NCBI GenBank assembly: GCA_030141605.1
Contig: JAQGDQ010000005.1
Coordinates: 1,798,180-1,862,179, forward strand
Direction: 5' to 3'
From: Tubiluchus corallicola
Lineage: Eukaryota > Animalia > Priapulida
DNA length: 64,000 bases
This document shows, piece after piece, positions 1 to 11,161 of this stretch (positions are counted from its first letter, which is position 1; every line of letters begins with the position of its first letter). The position numbers were made by a program, and so were the translations under genes. The notes beneath the pieces are model-generated. The model ran no database searches and was not told where the DNA came from. It saw only the letters and a program-made list of their open reading frames with translations.

Positions 1-26
1 ACCCCTTTCATTTGGACTGTTTTCAG

Positions 27-838
27 CTATTTGGTAAATATGCTGACTCACTTAATGAGCTTATTGTACAACACATCTACACTGGATACCTGGATGATCC
101 ACGTAATACAGACAATGCGTGGATAGAGGGAGAAACATGGTTGTTTCATTACAAACATGGAAAGAGCCTTGATATCAAAATACCAAAGGTAAGAACACAA
201 ATTTATTGAGAAAAACGAAATTATCAAAACGAAAGTGGAGTGCAAAATTGACATTTTATGGCCTAAAAATTTGCTGGGGCTTGTGGGTATGTTTTGTTTT
301 TGTGCATACGTACACGTGTTGTGCGTGACTACATACATGCAAAGACATTAATTTCTAAATTATTAAACTGGACAGAGGTGGTCCTAGTAAGTGAAACTTT
401 TATTTTAATAAAAATGAGGCAGCTTGAAAGTTGATTTTGTTTTAGCAGAATGTGGTAACATTCTTGTAGCACTTAAACTTGCGCAGTGTTTCTTGAATAA
501 AATGTTCAAAAATTCAATTTCCGAGATGCATTTTCAGTTCCTGAGTTATATTTGAAGCTTTCTGGTTTTCAGCATCCAGTACTTAGGCCCAGTTAATTTC
601 TATTAACAGATTTGATGTAATGGATAAGGCGATGAAGCCCAGACATACTGTGGCTTGATGTTTAATTCCAATGAATTTGTTTGCAAATATGTTGAAGTTA
701 CATAATTCCATTTAGTTGAATTAACTTTTATAGACTAATAAGACAGATTGGAAACAAGTGAAGTCAGAAATGAGAATGCCATCATACCAAGCGTCCATAC
801 TACAGGAAGTGTCGTCTATGCTGGATTCTGTTGAATGA
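27..838 (+). CDS. 3' end (last two exons) of a NUDT9-homology-domain protein (TRPM2-like channel C-terminus or NUDT9 ADP-ribose pyrophosphatase)
   Basis: Exon 27-188 (tttcag| ... AAG|gtaaga) encodes YTGYLDDPRNTDNAWIE, the NUDT9/NUDT9-H signature. Exon 734-838 (ttttatag|) encodes TNKTDWKQVKSEMRMPSYQASILQEVSSMLDSVE* in frame, matching the terminal NUDT9 helix. The gene begins upstream of the window. Confidence 0.8.
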
Positions 839-2402
839 GTAATGAAGAATGAGTTGACAATCAATCATGTGTGAGGTTAAACCGAGTGATTTGGGTTTTA
901 CGTTGATTTTTATAATACGTTTTATTTATTTGAATTTGCAATAGTTCTATTTCTTTGCAGAACCGTGATTTAAGTTTGATTTAAAAATGCGATCTCTAAA
1001 ATGGATAAACAATGTTATTATAGCTCAGCAATTATCCCTACTGCTGATACCTACCTAATTTCATGATCGTTATTTCTCTAGTCAATTAACAAAAAAATAA
1101 ACAAAAACGTTGATATGATTATATGCAACGTCCTCATTACAGAATGTGAATGAAATTTTTCTAGATGGTTTAGGAATTACCTGGATAGATCTTTAGTTTT
1201 TTAATATGTTTAGACTTTTAACTCTGTTTTGTATACATATTATGGAGTTTGTGATTGTTCTATGTAAGTTCACTCTTCTTAAATACCTTCAAATTTTTAT
1301 GTGATGTTTTTATAACATTAAAGATCATGTTTATTTAACTCGGCAAAAATATATAAAATATTAATTTTGAGAATCATCCAGTGAAGTTTTTGCATGGTGC
1401 TTGCAATTGAAGAGTTAATGATCTGTCATAACTTTAGTAACTTATAAGATAATGATCTGATTTTGAGGCTTTATTGTATTGTGTCTTTTGTCTTCACTAC
1501 TTTTTTAAAGTGTTTAAAACAAGTGTTGGACTTATAGGTATATACACTACATTTTTCACTATATTTTATGATAATTCTTTTTTCTCAACTACATGTCATT
1601 GATAGCTAGAAGCCATATTTGGAAGCCGTTTCTCGGCATACCGTATGGGAATATCATGGTGATATACAATTTTTAAGTGCTTTTTCCTATACTTTGTACT
1701 TGCATGTAGTGACTTAGTTCAGTACTTTTGCACATGGACTTCTAAGAAATACATACATGTGTACAAATGAACTGCAGATACTATATTTCCAATATGTATG
1801 ACAATTATTATATTCTCAGGTAGATTAAACATAGTACATAATATGAAACATTTAAATCTGATAGTCAAAAGTGAGTAGTTCATTAAGCAACTTTTTTCCT
1901 TCCACTATTGCTAAAATTTTGTACCTAATACCGATGTTTTAAGGTGTGCACATGATAATACACACTTCACGCGTCATATAAAAACCCATTGACTGTGTGA
2001 AAGGAAGTGCATTTTTCTTAGTTTGTCTCTTTTTCAGAACAATAAATGCATTATTAAATGTGAAACGCAGCAAACGTATGTGAAATGTCATACAACTGCA
2101 TTATTAAAATTATGTGAGCAAGCAGCACATTATTACTATCTTTTAGTCAATTTAATTCAGTTGTGTAGTCTCAGTACCGCTTTTGTAGTTGTGATAATTG
2201 CTAGTCAAAATAATATACTGACATAATAAGTTGGTTTATTATCTAAAATTAGATAATTTTCCTATATTCAGTAGAAATACATGCAATAACTGAGTAGTTG
2301 ATTATGATTAGTTGCATAAGAATTTTATTAATGATGATTTCTGATAATTAAATTGATAATTAATGAAGTACTACTTAATCTTCACATTTTAATTACATAT
2401 AA

Positions 2403-4955
2403 TTACAGAGGACAATTTTTTGCATATTTTTCGTAGAGACGAAGTGATCCTGCATCTGTCCTTGGAAGTATTAATTGTAGTGCAAAGGAAAAATGTTTCT
2501 GATATATTTGACTTGCAGACATGTTTTCGTCTAGAGCTGCTAGAGCCCCCTCTTGGCAAACAGCGACAATCTCAGCTCCAGAGTAGCCGCTTGTCATGCT
2601 CACCAACTCTTCAATGTCAACATCTTTGGCAACTGGCATATTTGCAAACTGCAGCTGTATGATTTCTTTTCTAGTTGTGGAATCTGGAAGAGGAACGTAT
2701 ATGCTTCTGTCCAATCTGCCCGGTCTGAGCAATGCTTTATCAATCATGTCTGGACGGTTGGTAGCTGCAACAATAACAACATTCTGCAAGTTCTCCAAAC
2801 CATCCATCTCAGTTAATAGTTGTGCTAAAACTCTTTCACCTACATTATGTCCGCCAGAAGAGCCACTCCGTTCAACAGCTAAGGCATCGATTTCATCAAA
2901 GAAAACTATAGATGGTGATGCAGTTCTAGCTTTACGGAATATGTCTCTAACTGCCCTTTCTGATTCACCCACCCACTTGCTAAATAACTCTGGGCCCTTC
3001 ACAGAGAAAAAATTCAATCCACTTTCTGTTGCTATTGCTTTTGCTATCATAGTCTTTGAGCACCCTGGTGGACCATACATAAGGACACCTTTGGGTGGCT
3101 TTATGCCCATTCGACGAAAAGCATCTGGGTGCTTGATTGGCCACTCTATAGCTTGTTGCAACTTGCGTTTCAGCTCTTGATGTCCTCCAATATCTGACCA
3201 GAAAACTTTGGGCACTTCTAAGGTAACTTCCCGCATAGCACTAGGCTTTACCTTTCCAAGAGCTAGTGACAAATCATCAATGGTTATACAGGGCTTGGAA
3301 TCGGAATCATAACAGCGGTTTTTTAAAGCAAGAAATAGGGCTTCACGGCAAACGGTAACTAGGTCTGCCCCAACATATCCATGAGCATGGTCAGAAATGC
3401 TTAAAATGTCAGATTCACTTAAATTCACATCCATATTGTTTAAAAGCTTATAAAGAATGTCGTATCTTTCTTTAGCAGTTGGCACACCAATTTCTATTTC
3501 TTTGTCTAGTCTTCCAGGACGCCTGAGTGATGTATCTAATAAATCTGGTTTGTTAGTTGCTGCTATTAAAACGACTGGTGATTTCGCATTTGCTAAATTA
3601 TCAATAAGAGATAGTAACATAGATGAAATTCTTCGTTCTGGTTCTGTGTTTTGACTACCTCTGTCTCGTTGAGGACAAAGAGTGTCTACTTCATCAATAA
3701 ACAAGATGGATGGTGCCCTTTCAATGACATCCTTGAAGATGTCTCGCAGCTTCGCTTCAGTCTCTCCGTAGTACTTGCTAAATATTTCTGGACCACTGAC
3801 AGACACAAAAGCAACATCAAATTCGGCTTCTATCGCATTGGCAATCATGGTCTTTCCACATCCAGACGGTCCGAAGAGCAAAATTCCAGTCACAGTGGAA
3901 ATACCAACAGAATTGAAAGGGAATTTAAATGCAAAATTAACTAAATCAGTGATAGTTTCTATCTGAGAAGTGAGCCCGCCTATAGAGCCAAAAGTATTTG
4001 TCTTGGTGTTTGGACATTTGTGCTGTTCAACACGAGTGTTTAGTATGGTAATATTTGTGTTTTCAGTAATGCAGTAAAAGTTCTGATCTTCCTCATCATC
4101 ATAAGTTTTCTCGTTGGAAAGGCCAGGTTTTACAGGTGTCGAGGTTGCAACATCAATGCTTAACCGACTGTCATCATCCGACAAAGTTGAATTATGTAAT
4201 TCAGAAAGACTGCTTTTATCATTTTGTACCAGTAAATCACCATCACTAACACAAAGCTTTGATTCAATATCTGTACAAAGGTGAGAAATATTTTCTGTGT
4301 TGTCAAGTTTAGCTGTATATTTCTTATCGTCAAACAATGTCATAGAGTGCACAAAAAACTCGCACAATTGACCATAATATTTCATACTGACAAAGCTGTC
4401 TACTGCTGCGAATTGTTTACATTTTTTGGCTTTAAACAAGTTTTTAAACTCAGCAGAAGACATAAAATCTTTCCAATCCAAAGCTTTGAGTGTCATGTCC
4501 TTGATTTCATTTTCAGTCGGAAAAAATGGTTTGACAATGATTGTGTCACCAGGTTTGATTCTCACACCAGGAAAACCTGAATGTATGTCAGTAAATCCCA
4601 AATTTCCGGGAAGCACCGTCGTCACTGGCCAACAGGAAAGGATGGCTGCCCTTTGTTTAAACATACATATTACAAATCGTCCAATACATAAGCCACACTG
4701 TCTCATCGTTGACGGATTCAACAAGATGGAATTTTCAGATGCAAAGCGCCCTGTTTCTCCCTTTAATTCCACTTTGATCACAATACCATGAAAGGCTTTG
4801 TCTTTTATGAAGCCATGTCCAAATTCTCCTGTTGACACGTCTATACCCTTGTAGCAAATTTCAGAATGTTTTGCTGTATCTTTGCTGCATACTGTGCAGC
4901 CACAAGTTTCACACGTGCTCCACTCATATTTGACTTTACTAGATTTAGGTGGCAT
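2403..4955 (-). CDS. SPATA5: SPATA5/AFG2A-like double AAA+ ATPase (Drg1/Afg2 family, pre-60S maturation), intronless 850-aa ORF
   Basis: Two AAA modules: GPSGCGKT...FIDEVD...RRPGRLD and GPPGCSKT...FFDEID...RPGRLDR. The second-ring GPPGCSKT and FSKWVGESE are typical of the Afg2/SPATA5 branch. AATAAA on the - strand at 2324-2329 and 2235-2240. Confidence 0.9.
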   Translation of the reverse strand: MPPKSSKVKYEWSTCETCGCTVCSKDTAKHSEICYKGIDVSTGEFGHGFIKDKAFHGIVIKVELKGETGRFASENSILLNPSTMRQCGLCIGRFVICMFKQRAAILSCWPVTTVLPGNLGFTDIHSGFPGVRIKPGDTIIVKPFFPTENEIKDMTLKALDWKDFMSSAEFKNLFKAKKCKQFAAVDSFVSMKYYGQLCEFFVHSMTLFDDKKYTAKLDNTENISHLCTDIESKLCVSDGDLLVQNDKSSLSELHNSTLSDDDSRLSIDVATSTPVKPGLSNEKTYDDEEDQNFYCITENTNITILNTRVEQHKCPNTKTNTFGSIGGLTSQIETITDLVNFAFKFPFNSVGISTVTGILLFGPSGCGKTMIANAIEAEFDVAFVSVSGPEIFSKYYGETEAKLRDIFKDVIERAPSILFIDEVDTLCPQRDRGSQNTEPERRISSMLLSLIDNLANAKSPVVLIAATNKPDLLDTSLRRPGRLDKEIEIGVPTAKERYDILYKLLNNMDVNLSESDILSISDHAHGYVGADLVTVCREALFLALKNRCYDSDSKPCITIDDLSLALGKVKPSAMREVTLEVPKVFWSDIGGHQELKRKLQQAIEWPIKHPDAFRRMGIKPPKGVLMYGPPGCSKTMIAKAIATESGLNFFSVKGPELFSKWVGESERAVRDIFRKARTASPSIVFFDEIDALAVERSGSSGGHNVGERVLAQLLTEMDGLENLQNVVIVAATNRPDMIDKALLRPGRLDRSIYVPLPDSTTRKEIIQLQFANMPVAKDVDIEELVSMTSGYSGAEIVAVCQEGALAALDENMSASQIYQKHFSFALQLILPRTDAGSLRLYEKYAKNCPL

Positions 4956-5586
4956 GTTGTACCTGAAAAAATCAAGTCATATAAAAATTTCTCTCAAGCT
5001 CAATTCACTACTACAGTTGTGGACATTCTAAAGTGTGGAGCTGATATAAATTTGTATTTGTTTAAATTTGGTACTACAGTAATATAACCTATCTGGTAAT
5101 CAGGTTATACTTTTTTTACACAGCAGGTATTGAAGGTGGTGCCCTGCATAATGTGGTCTATCGTAGTCCACTTTATGCAGCTTGCAAAATAGCAGGCTAA
5201 TGTCTGTTACTGTACGACAAATGGAAATTATTTCACTTCTACTCAAATCAAACAAGCCATCTGTATCTCCAGATTAAGAGGTATAATGGAATTAATAAGA
5301 TTGAGGTATGTTCGCCTCATAAGTATTACTATTAATGTCTGCATAGAAATTTAGTAGTGCCACTGTGACCATGATGTATTCTAAAATCTAGGTCAATGTG
5401 TAGAAAATATGCTTTCCACTGCTACTGAGAACTGAACAGTGGGCACACCCAATAAGAAACAAGCCGTTATAATTTCAAAGTTACAACTGATAGTAATTTG
5501 TAAGCCACCCACACAAACTGAAAAAAATGAGTGCTTCAAGTGGTTGTTTTCTTACCGTGTGCAAAACTCACTCCTCAAGACTGACA

Positions 5587-6483
5587 TCATTCACTATCAT
5601 CATCAATGTTCATGTACTGTTCCCGTACATCAGCTATAGCTTCAATTTCTCTGTACTGTGTACTGGCAATCGTAGATAACATAGAGAGCGGATTTCTGTC
5701 TTCTAGACCACCATAAACATATCCATTAGCCTGATCAACTTTTTTGAGGAGACGTAATACACTTTTACTATCTTGTATATTCAGTGCACTAAATGATACT
5801 AGACTGTAATCCTCTATGATGCCACAAACTGCTTCATTAAATTTTTTAAACTTTGTCATAAATGGATCTTTTTGTAAGCTATCCAGAATATAGTTTAAAT
5901 CCAGCACCTCGGTGTAATAGTCAAAATTAAAAGCAAGTTTGCCATACTGCTCTACTAAGTCAACTTTAGACAAAACATTAATATGTGGCAATTCAATTTG
6001 CAGCATAGTAGAGAGAGAAGTAAGTAGCACTGAAATAAATTTTGCTGGATCACTGCAATAATGTGAGTCAACCAAGTGTACAGCGACAAGTCGGAAATCC
6101 CATTTCGTTAGCTGTGCAAAAATGTTTCTGATTGAATTGTGATGCGTGTATAATTCCACCTGGCCAGGACAGTCAAACAGAAAATATGCTTTCTTGTACA
6201 AATCTACCCGTGACTTTAACCAATCAAGGTTTTGCTCTAAATATTCTAAGCAGTAAATCATTCCTCCATTGGGTCCGAGCTTTAGGTTTTCCATGACATC
6301 CGCTAAAGTAATCAAATCACGAATGTCAACACTGCACTTGTAAGGCAGATTCTCATTGGCTGGATCAACATTGACGACTACAACATCACGACCAATGGAG
6401 GTCAGTGTGTCAGAAACACTAGCACAATATGTAGTCTTACCACTGCCAGCCGGACCAATCACAACTTGACCAAATAAAGCCAT
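5587..6483 (-). CDS. GPN2: GPN-loop GTPase 2, intronless 298-aa ORF
   Basis: [18 protein letters not shown]-loop, DPANE, LGPNGG (GPN loop), [13 protein letters not shown] and [23 protein letters not shown] and VDQANGY fit the GPN2 branch. Confidence 0.93.
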   Translation of the reverse strand: MALFGQVVIGPAGSGKTTYCASVSDTLTSIGRDVVVVNVDPANENLPYKCSVDIRDLITLADVMENLKLGPNGGMIYCLEYLEQNLDWLKSRVDLYKKAYFLFDCPGQVELYTHHNSIRNIFAQLTKWDFRLVAVHLVDSHYCSDPAKFISVLLTSLSTMLQIELPHINVLSKVDLVEQYGKLAFNFDYYTEVLDLNYILDSLQKDPFMTKFKKFNEAVCGIIEDYSLVSFSALNIQDSKSVLRLLKKVDQANGYVYGGLEDRNPLSMLSTIASTQYREIEAIADVREQYMNIDDDSE

Positions 6484-6490
6484 TGCTCAC

Positions 6491-6567
6491 CTTTGAATAC
6501 GATGATCCAGGATCAGCTGCTGTACTTGGAACACTGTGACATGGCGATTTAATGCCCTGCTCGATAT
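6491..6567 (-). other. Putative 5'-UTR exon segment shared by GPN2 and SPATA5
   Basis: Acceptor TTTCTGTTTTCTATATTTTTTTAG| (G=6568) and donor CAAAG|GTGAGC (GT at 6490-6489). Contains a short uORF MSQCSKYSS*. A candidate upstream non-coding exon ends at GAT|GTAAGT (GT at 7520). Confidence 0.55.
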
Positions 6568-8723
6568 CTAAAAAAATATAGAAAACAGAAAATTTAACTA
6601 CTTTTGCAGACAAACACTGAACAGCCACAAACTCAGGTGAGGTTGCCACAACAGTTGAGCTCTTAGACTTCTGGCAGTGTAATGATTCTGTATCGAACAC
6701 TGTTTTAATTGCAAGGTGATTAACACCATATTTACATGTAACTGCAGTAGTGGTGTGCCATATATTTGGTTACTATATACAGCTATTCATCAACCTGCAA
6801 CTATTCGTGTCGGGTTATATTTGTGTTCTGATTCAGCAGTATCTTTGGTTTGCATCATTGTTGCTGGGCTAATGTCATTATGTTGGTGAAGTCATCCATT
6901 CGAGTGCATTTGGAACACTTCAGATAAAAACTGTAAATCACTTGAGGTCTCCTTGTTTTAACAGATTCATAAACAGAAGTATGCTACCCAAAGATGGCAA
7001 CACCCTTTAGTCAAGTTTTGCTTGTTTCTGTTTCCCGAGGTAATACAAACTTTTATAAAAGAATGGCAAGAAAGCTTGCAGATTACATACAAAACCTAAG
7101 AAACAGTTACAAATAATTTTGTTACTAAACCTTGTACAGCATTTTATAATCCTAGCGACCTATCATTAAATTCCAACAACCAGGTGCAGGTGGAAAAGCG
7201 GTATAGTAATTAGTGAGTGGCATGCAATGAATCATAACTGTGGGCCTCTGACTATTTAGTAGGGCAAGTTATTACCGTGATTTCTGTTAATACTACTAGG
7301 GTGTACAGCAAACAAAATTCGTCGTTAAATCGAAACATGCGTCGTTAAGTGAATAAAAGTTGTCAAAACATCAGCATCGTTAAAACGAAACATTGCTAAA
7401 CGGGGAGTCGTTAAGCGAGGACTTACTGTACCGTGGATGCTACCACATGACTGGGCAGAATCTTACTAACCTAATCTCAACTCGAGTGCTGAAAATATTA
7501 GTCCCGAAACAAAAACTTACATCTTAAGTAATCTTGCGCCTTTCATTTAGCAAAATAGATAGAATAATTACAAAAGACAATAGTCCAAATTACAAAAGTT
7601 CCAATCAAACAAACACTTAGCCTTCTTCGCCAAACTTGTAAAACTGCTACAATTACAAATCTACAATGCTTTTGTTGGGCGCTGAGTAACCCACTAGCCG
7701 AAGTAGGACTATTGGCGTACATAGGCTAGCCCAAGCAGGACGCGTCCTACATGGGCTAGCCCAAGTAGGACACTAGTGACAGGTCACAAATTGAGTCGTT
7801 AACCGTACTGGCAGCACCCGTTGTCTTTGTTTATTTAATAATAATAACTGAAAACGTCAAAAACGTTGAATAATTTATTATATATCTGCTAAAATAAAAG
7901 AACTTTATTTTGAGCTTCGATATTAATCTTTTTGAAGTGAAATAACAAATAAGCCCACTTCTTAGGCGATTCCAACATTTGCTTAAGGTATATCATTTTT
8001 ATTTTGTCTCGCTTCACAGACAGGTGACCCGTTTCACTACCTCTTGGACAAATAATTGTTTTCTACTAAGTAAATGGGCTAGCGAGCTATGTGTCCTACA
8101 TAGTCAGATACTTAGTTGAATGTTATGATGACATTAACGGAGCTAATAATAATGATGGTATTACTGCAAAAAACAGTTTGTAAATTGTCAAGGAGTATCC
8201 ATCATTATTATAAAGTTACTTTTTTCTAAAACAAATTTAGTTTTACGTTTCATTATGTCATAATTCTCGACAGCAATCGCCGTTGTCCTACTTGGGCTGC
8301 CCATGTACGACACTCTTTTTCCGCAAATTTAGCACATGCGTTTTACCGGAAGTGTCTTATTTTGGCCAGTGGTTTACTCGGCGCCCTACAGCTTTCTTAT
8401 TCAACCGGGTTCTGTTATTGTTTTGCGCGCAATGCAGGAAATCATCATTTTGCATTTCTTCGGACTGTCGGACACATACATGCAAATCAAAGTATACAAA
8501 AACACTTTGTGCAAATTCAAAGAAGCAGTACGGACTGTTTTTGTCAGGTACGCTATAGCCCAAGCTATTCGCACACTGGTGTGTACTGTAGCAGACGAAT
8601 TGATGAGATCACCAAAGTCAGGCCAGTCAGCAGGTGCCCAAAAATTGCTCAGCAGTGAGTTGCAAAAACACAAATAAAAATATCTTTTTGAATTTCCCGA
8701 GGATGCAGCCAGGTAATTATAAC

Positions 8724-9164
8724 TAGGGGTGCGCATTTTCTACCAGAAAGCGAATTCGAATCGAACCGAATTTGTGACATTCGAATTCGAATCGAACCGA
8801 ACTTCAGTGTTTTGAATTCGAACCGAATTCGAATTGAGTTTGGACAGATTTTCGAACAAGTTTTCGAACCACCAGTAAAAATTAGTCTTACAAAGATCAT
8901 GCATATCACTAGATTTTCTTTTGCAATAAAACGACCAGTAATTTCTTTAAAATTGTGCGCAGAAATCGCAGCTAAATTATGCTAATTGCTTGATGTTTCA
9001 ATAGTTTTAGTGATAAAGAACATATGTGATTGAAGTGCTGAATTATTTGAATCTATAGTTTTGGATTGGAATCGAGTTCGAACTAAAAAAACGCATTCGA
9101 ATCGAATTCGAGCGTACGAATTCGATTCGAACGTTCGAACTCGAACGTTCGATCCGCACCCCTA
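8724..9164. mobile_element. hAT-type MITE, about 440 bp
   Basis: TIR TAGGGGTGCG...CGCACCCCTA; perfect 8-bp TSD ATTATAAC (8716-8723 and 9165-9172); many subterminal TTCGAA/TCGAAC repeats. Confidence 0.85.
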
Positions 9165-11161
9165 ATTATAACAAAATGCTAATTATGACATGATATGTAC
9201 CTTTTGTTACAAGTTAGGCCTACATCTGTCTTTGGCGATTTATAGCAGCTGTTATATTTTTGAATATTATTTAAAGCAAGCATAAGGCATTAAGAATAAT
9301 TAGTAGTTAAAATAAAAACTATTATATTAATATCTCATGAAAATTAATAGGCTTATTTACAAAAGAAGTTAAGAAAGTTGATCATAAAGAAAGTTTGCAA
9401 ATACCTGGCTTATGTAGTATTCTATTTCTGGAGAAATATTTTTTTCTAAAAATGTTCCTGTTTAATATGTTTTTATCAGGAAATATAACTTGAAGAAATA
9501 TTAGGCCTGACTTTCATGTGTAACACTTTTCATAGAAAACAATCGTTTTTTCAGAAGAGCGAATAATTTTTCCAGAACAAAACTTAATCTAAGCATCTGC
9601 ATGTTTTGTTAATTCCAAGTTAAAAGATGTTTAAAAAGCATATAATCATACATTGGCCTTTGTTATGAGTTGGAGTTGGTTATAAAATCATGTTGAACAA
9701 ATGGAGATGCACTTACAACATTACTCCTCTTTTTTATTATCAGTGAACAAAAAATAGCAAAACGAAACATCAGAGCTGTCATCCTAAGCAGCCGACATTA
9801 CTTCCACCTCTATAACAATCAACTAACTAGGTCAAAATCAAATTACAGAATTCAGGTGAAAGCCAACCTGGCACATAAATTAGAATTTGCACACGGGTCA
9901 TAACACTTTATATATCATGTGTAGTATCATGTGTAGAGACGTCACTTATATTTAGCCTAATTTTTTTAAGGTTCAGTTAGGCTTACGTCAAAATAAATCT
10001 TCATTAAATACAGTTTGTTTACGTGTAAAAAATGTACTTGTAAAAGTGTACTGATTTGTCACTAAAGTATATCACGAGTAGAAAATATGCAAGACAGGTG
10101 CGACCAAGTTGGAGGGTGACTCCACCAGAGACCCACAATTTCAATGGCCTAGTTATGGCACCCAAAGGTCATAATTAATCTGACCCTGCTCCTCAGTCAT
10201 ATGGGTATATATTGCTCTTTTAAAACCTCTTCGAGCTATAAATGCCCTTCAGATAGTGTGAGTTCCACATTGGAGTGGAGAGATAAACTCAATAACTGCT
10301 CTAATTAATGTGATACGTATGTTATCAAGGTTTATAATAGTGACTGGTACCTTGTTTGCAATTAAATCCAAAGTGGATTAATGTTTGGTTGCTGATCCAG
10401 ATGTTTTGATTTTTTCATGTCCTGATTTTTCGAGCCATGCGCCACACAGGATGTAGTCTAGATTTAGCATGACTGGCTGCTTTCCTAGGTCTACACAGTA
10501 CCTTGTCATGTACTGGGTTTAATTGATGTACCTCAGTTTAATTGAGTACCTTGTTATGTACTAGGAAAGGAAAAGCTGTTATCGCTAGCCATCTATCCTT
10601 CTTAATTGTGTGCTAATATGCTATAAAAATACATGCCGTTTCCAATTCATTACTCATCTTTTCATGGTGCCTTAATTTCTTCTCCTCTAGTTCATTACTG
10701 TTTAGCACCTTGCCAGGCTATTCCAAATGGCAAAAAACTCTTTTTGTACATTTCCTCATTGTTCTGTATCTTCCTTTGTTGTATCTCATTCTCGGGTGGA
10801 CTGGAGCTCAATACCACTCAATACCACACACAATTTAGTTCCAATGACTCTATTCACCAGTGGCTTAGTTACGTTTCTTGTATGTTTTCTCGTGTTTTTC
10901 TTTCTTTTTCTTCATTTTTGCGACATTTTTGCGGATACCATAATTATCTACTATTGTAGGCCTAAAATTTGTTTATAAATCTATGGTTCATACGTGTGTG
11001 CCAGGGCAACGAAAAAATAGTTGACGTGCAGATTTTGTGATTGCGCGAGCCGGGGAATACGTCATCAGCTGATGAAAGATGTTGTATGTATGATGTGATT
11101 AGCAATAATAAGTTTTCATATAATTGCGGAATAAATGCAGTATTGAGTTCATTTTTAGCGA

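Noticed and set aside
2420-4791. Several + strand ORFs up to 194 aa
   Set aside because: Antisense shadows of the SPATA5 coding sequence.
5556-5589. GPN2-SPATA5 fusion protein by stop-codon readthrough
   Set aside because: A second in-frame TGA follows four codons later, and the 38-nt spliced spacer is out of frame with SPATA5.
7300-7430. GTCGTTAA repeats ending in ...CTTACTGTA (similar half-ends near 34988 and 40051)
   Set aside because: Probably Tigger-like MITE ends, but matching opposite termini could not be identified confidently.
10640-10950. Lys/Glu-rich coding-like text on the - strand and short + strand ORFs
   Set aside because: Interrupted by stops and no family recognised; likely a TE remnant.
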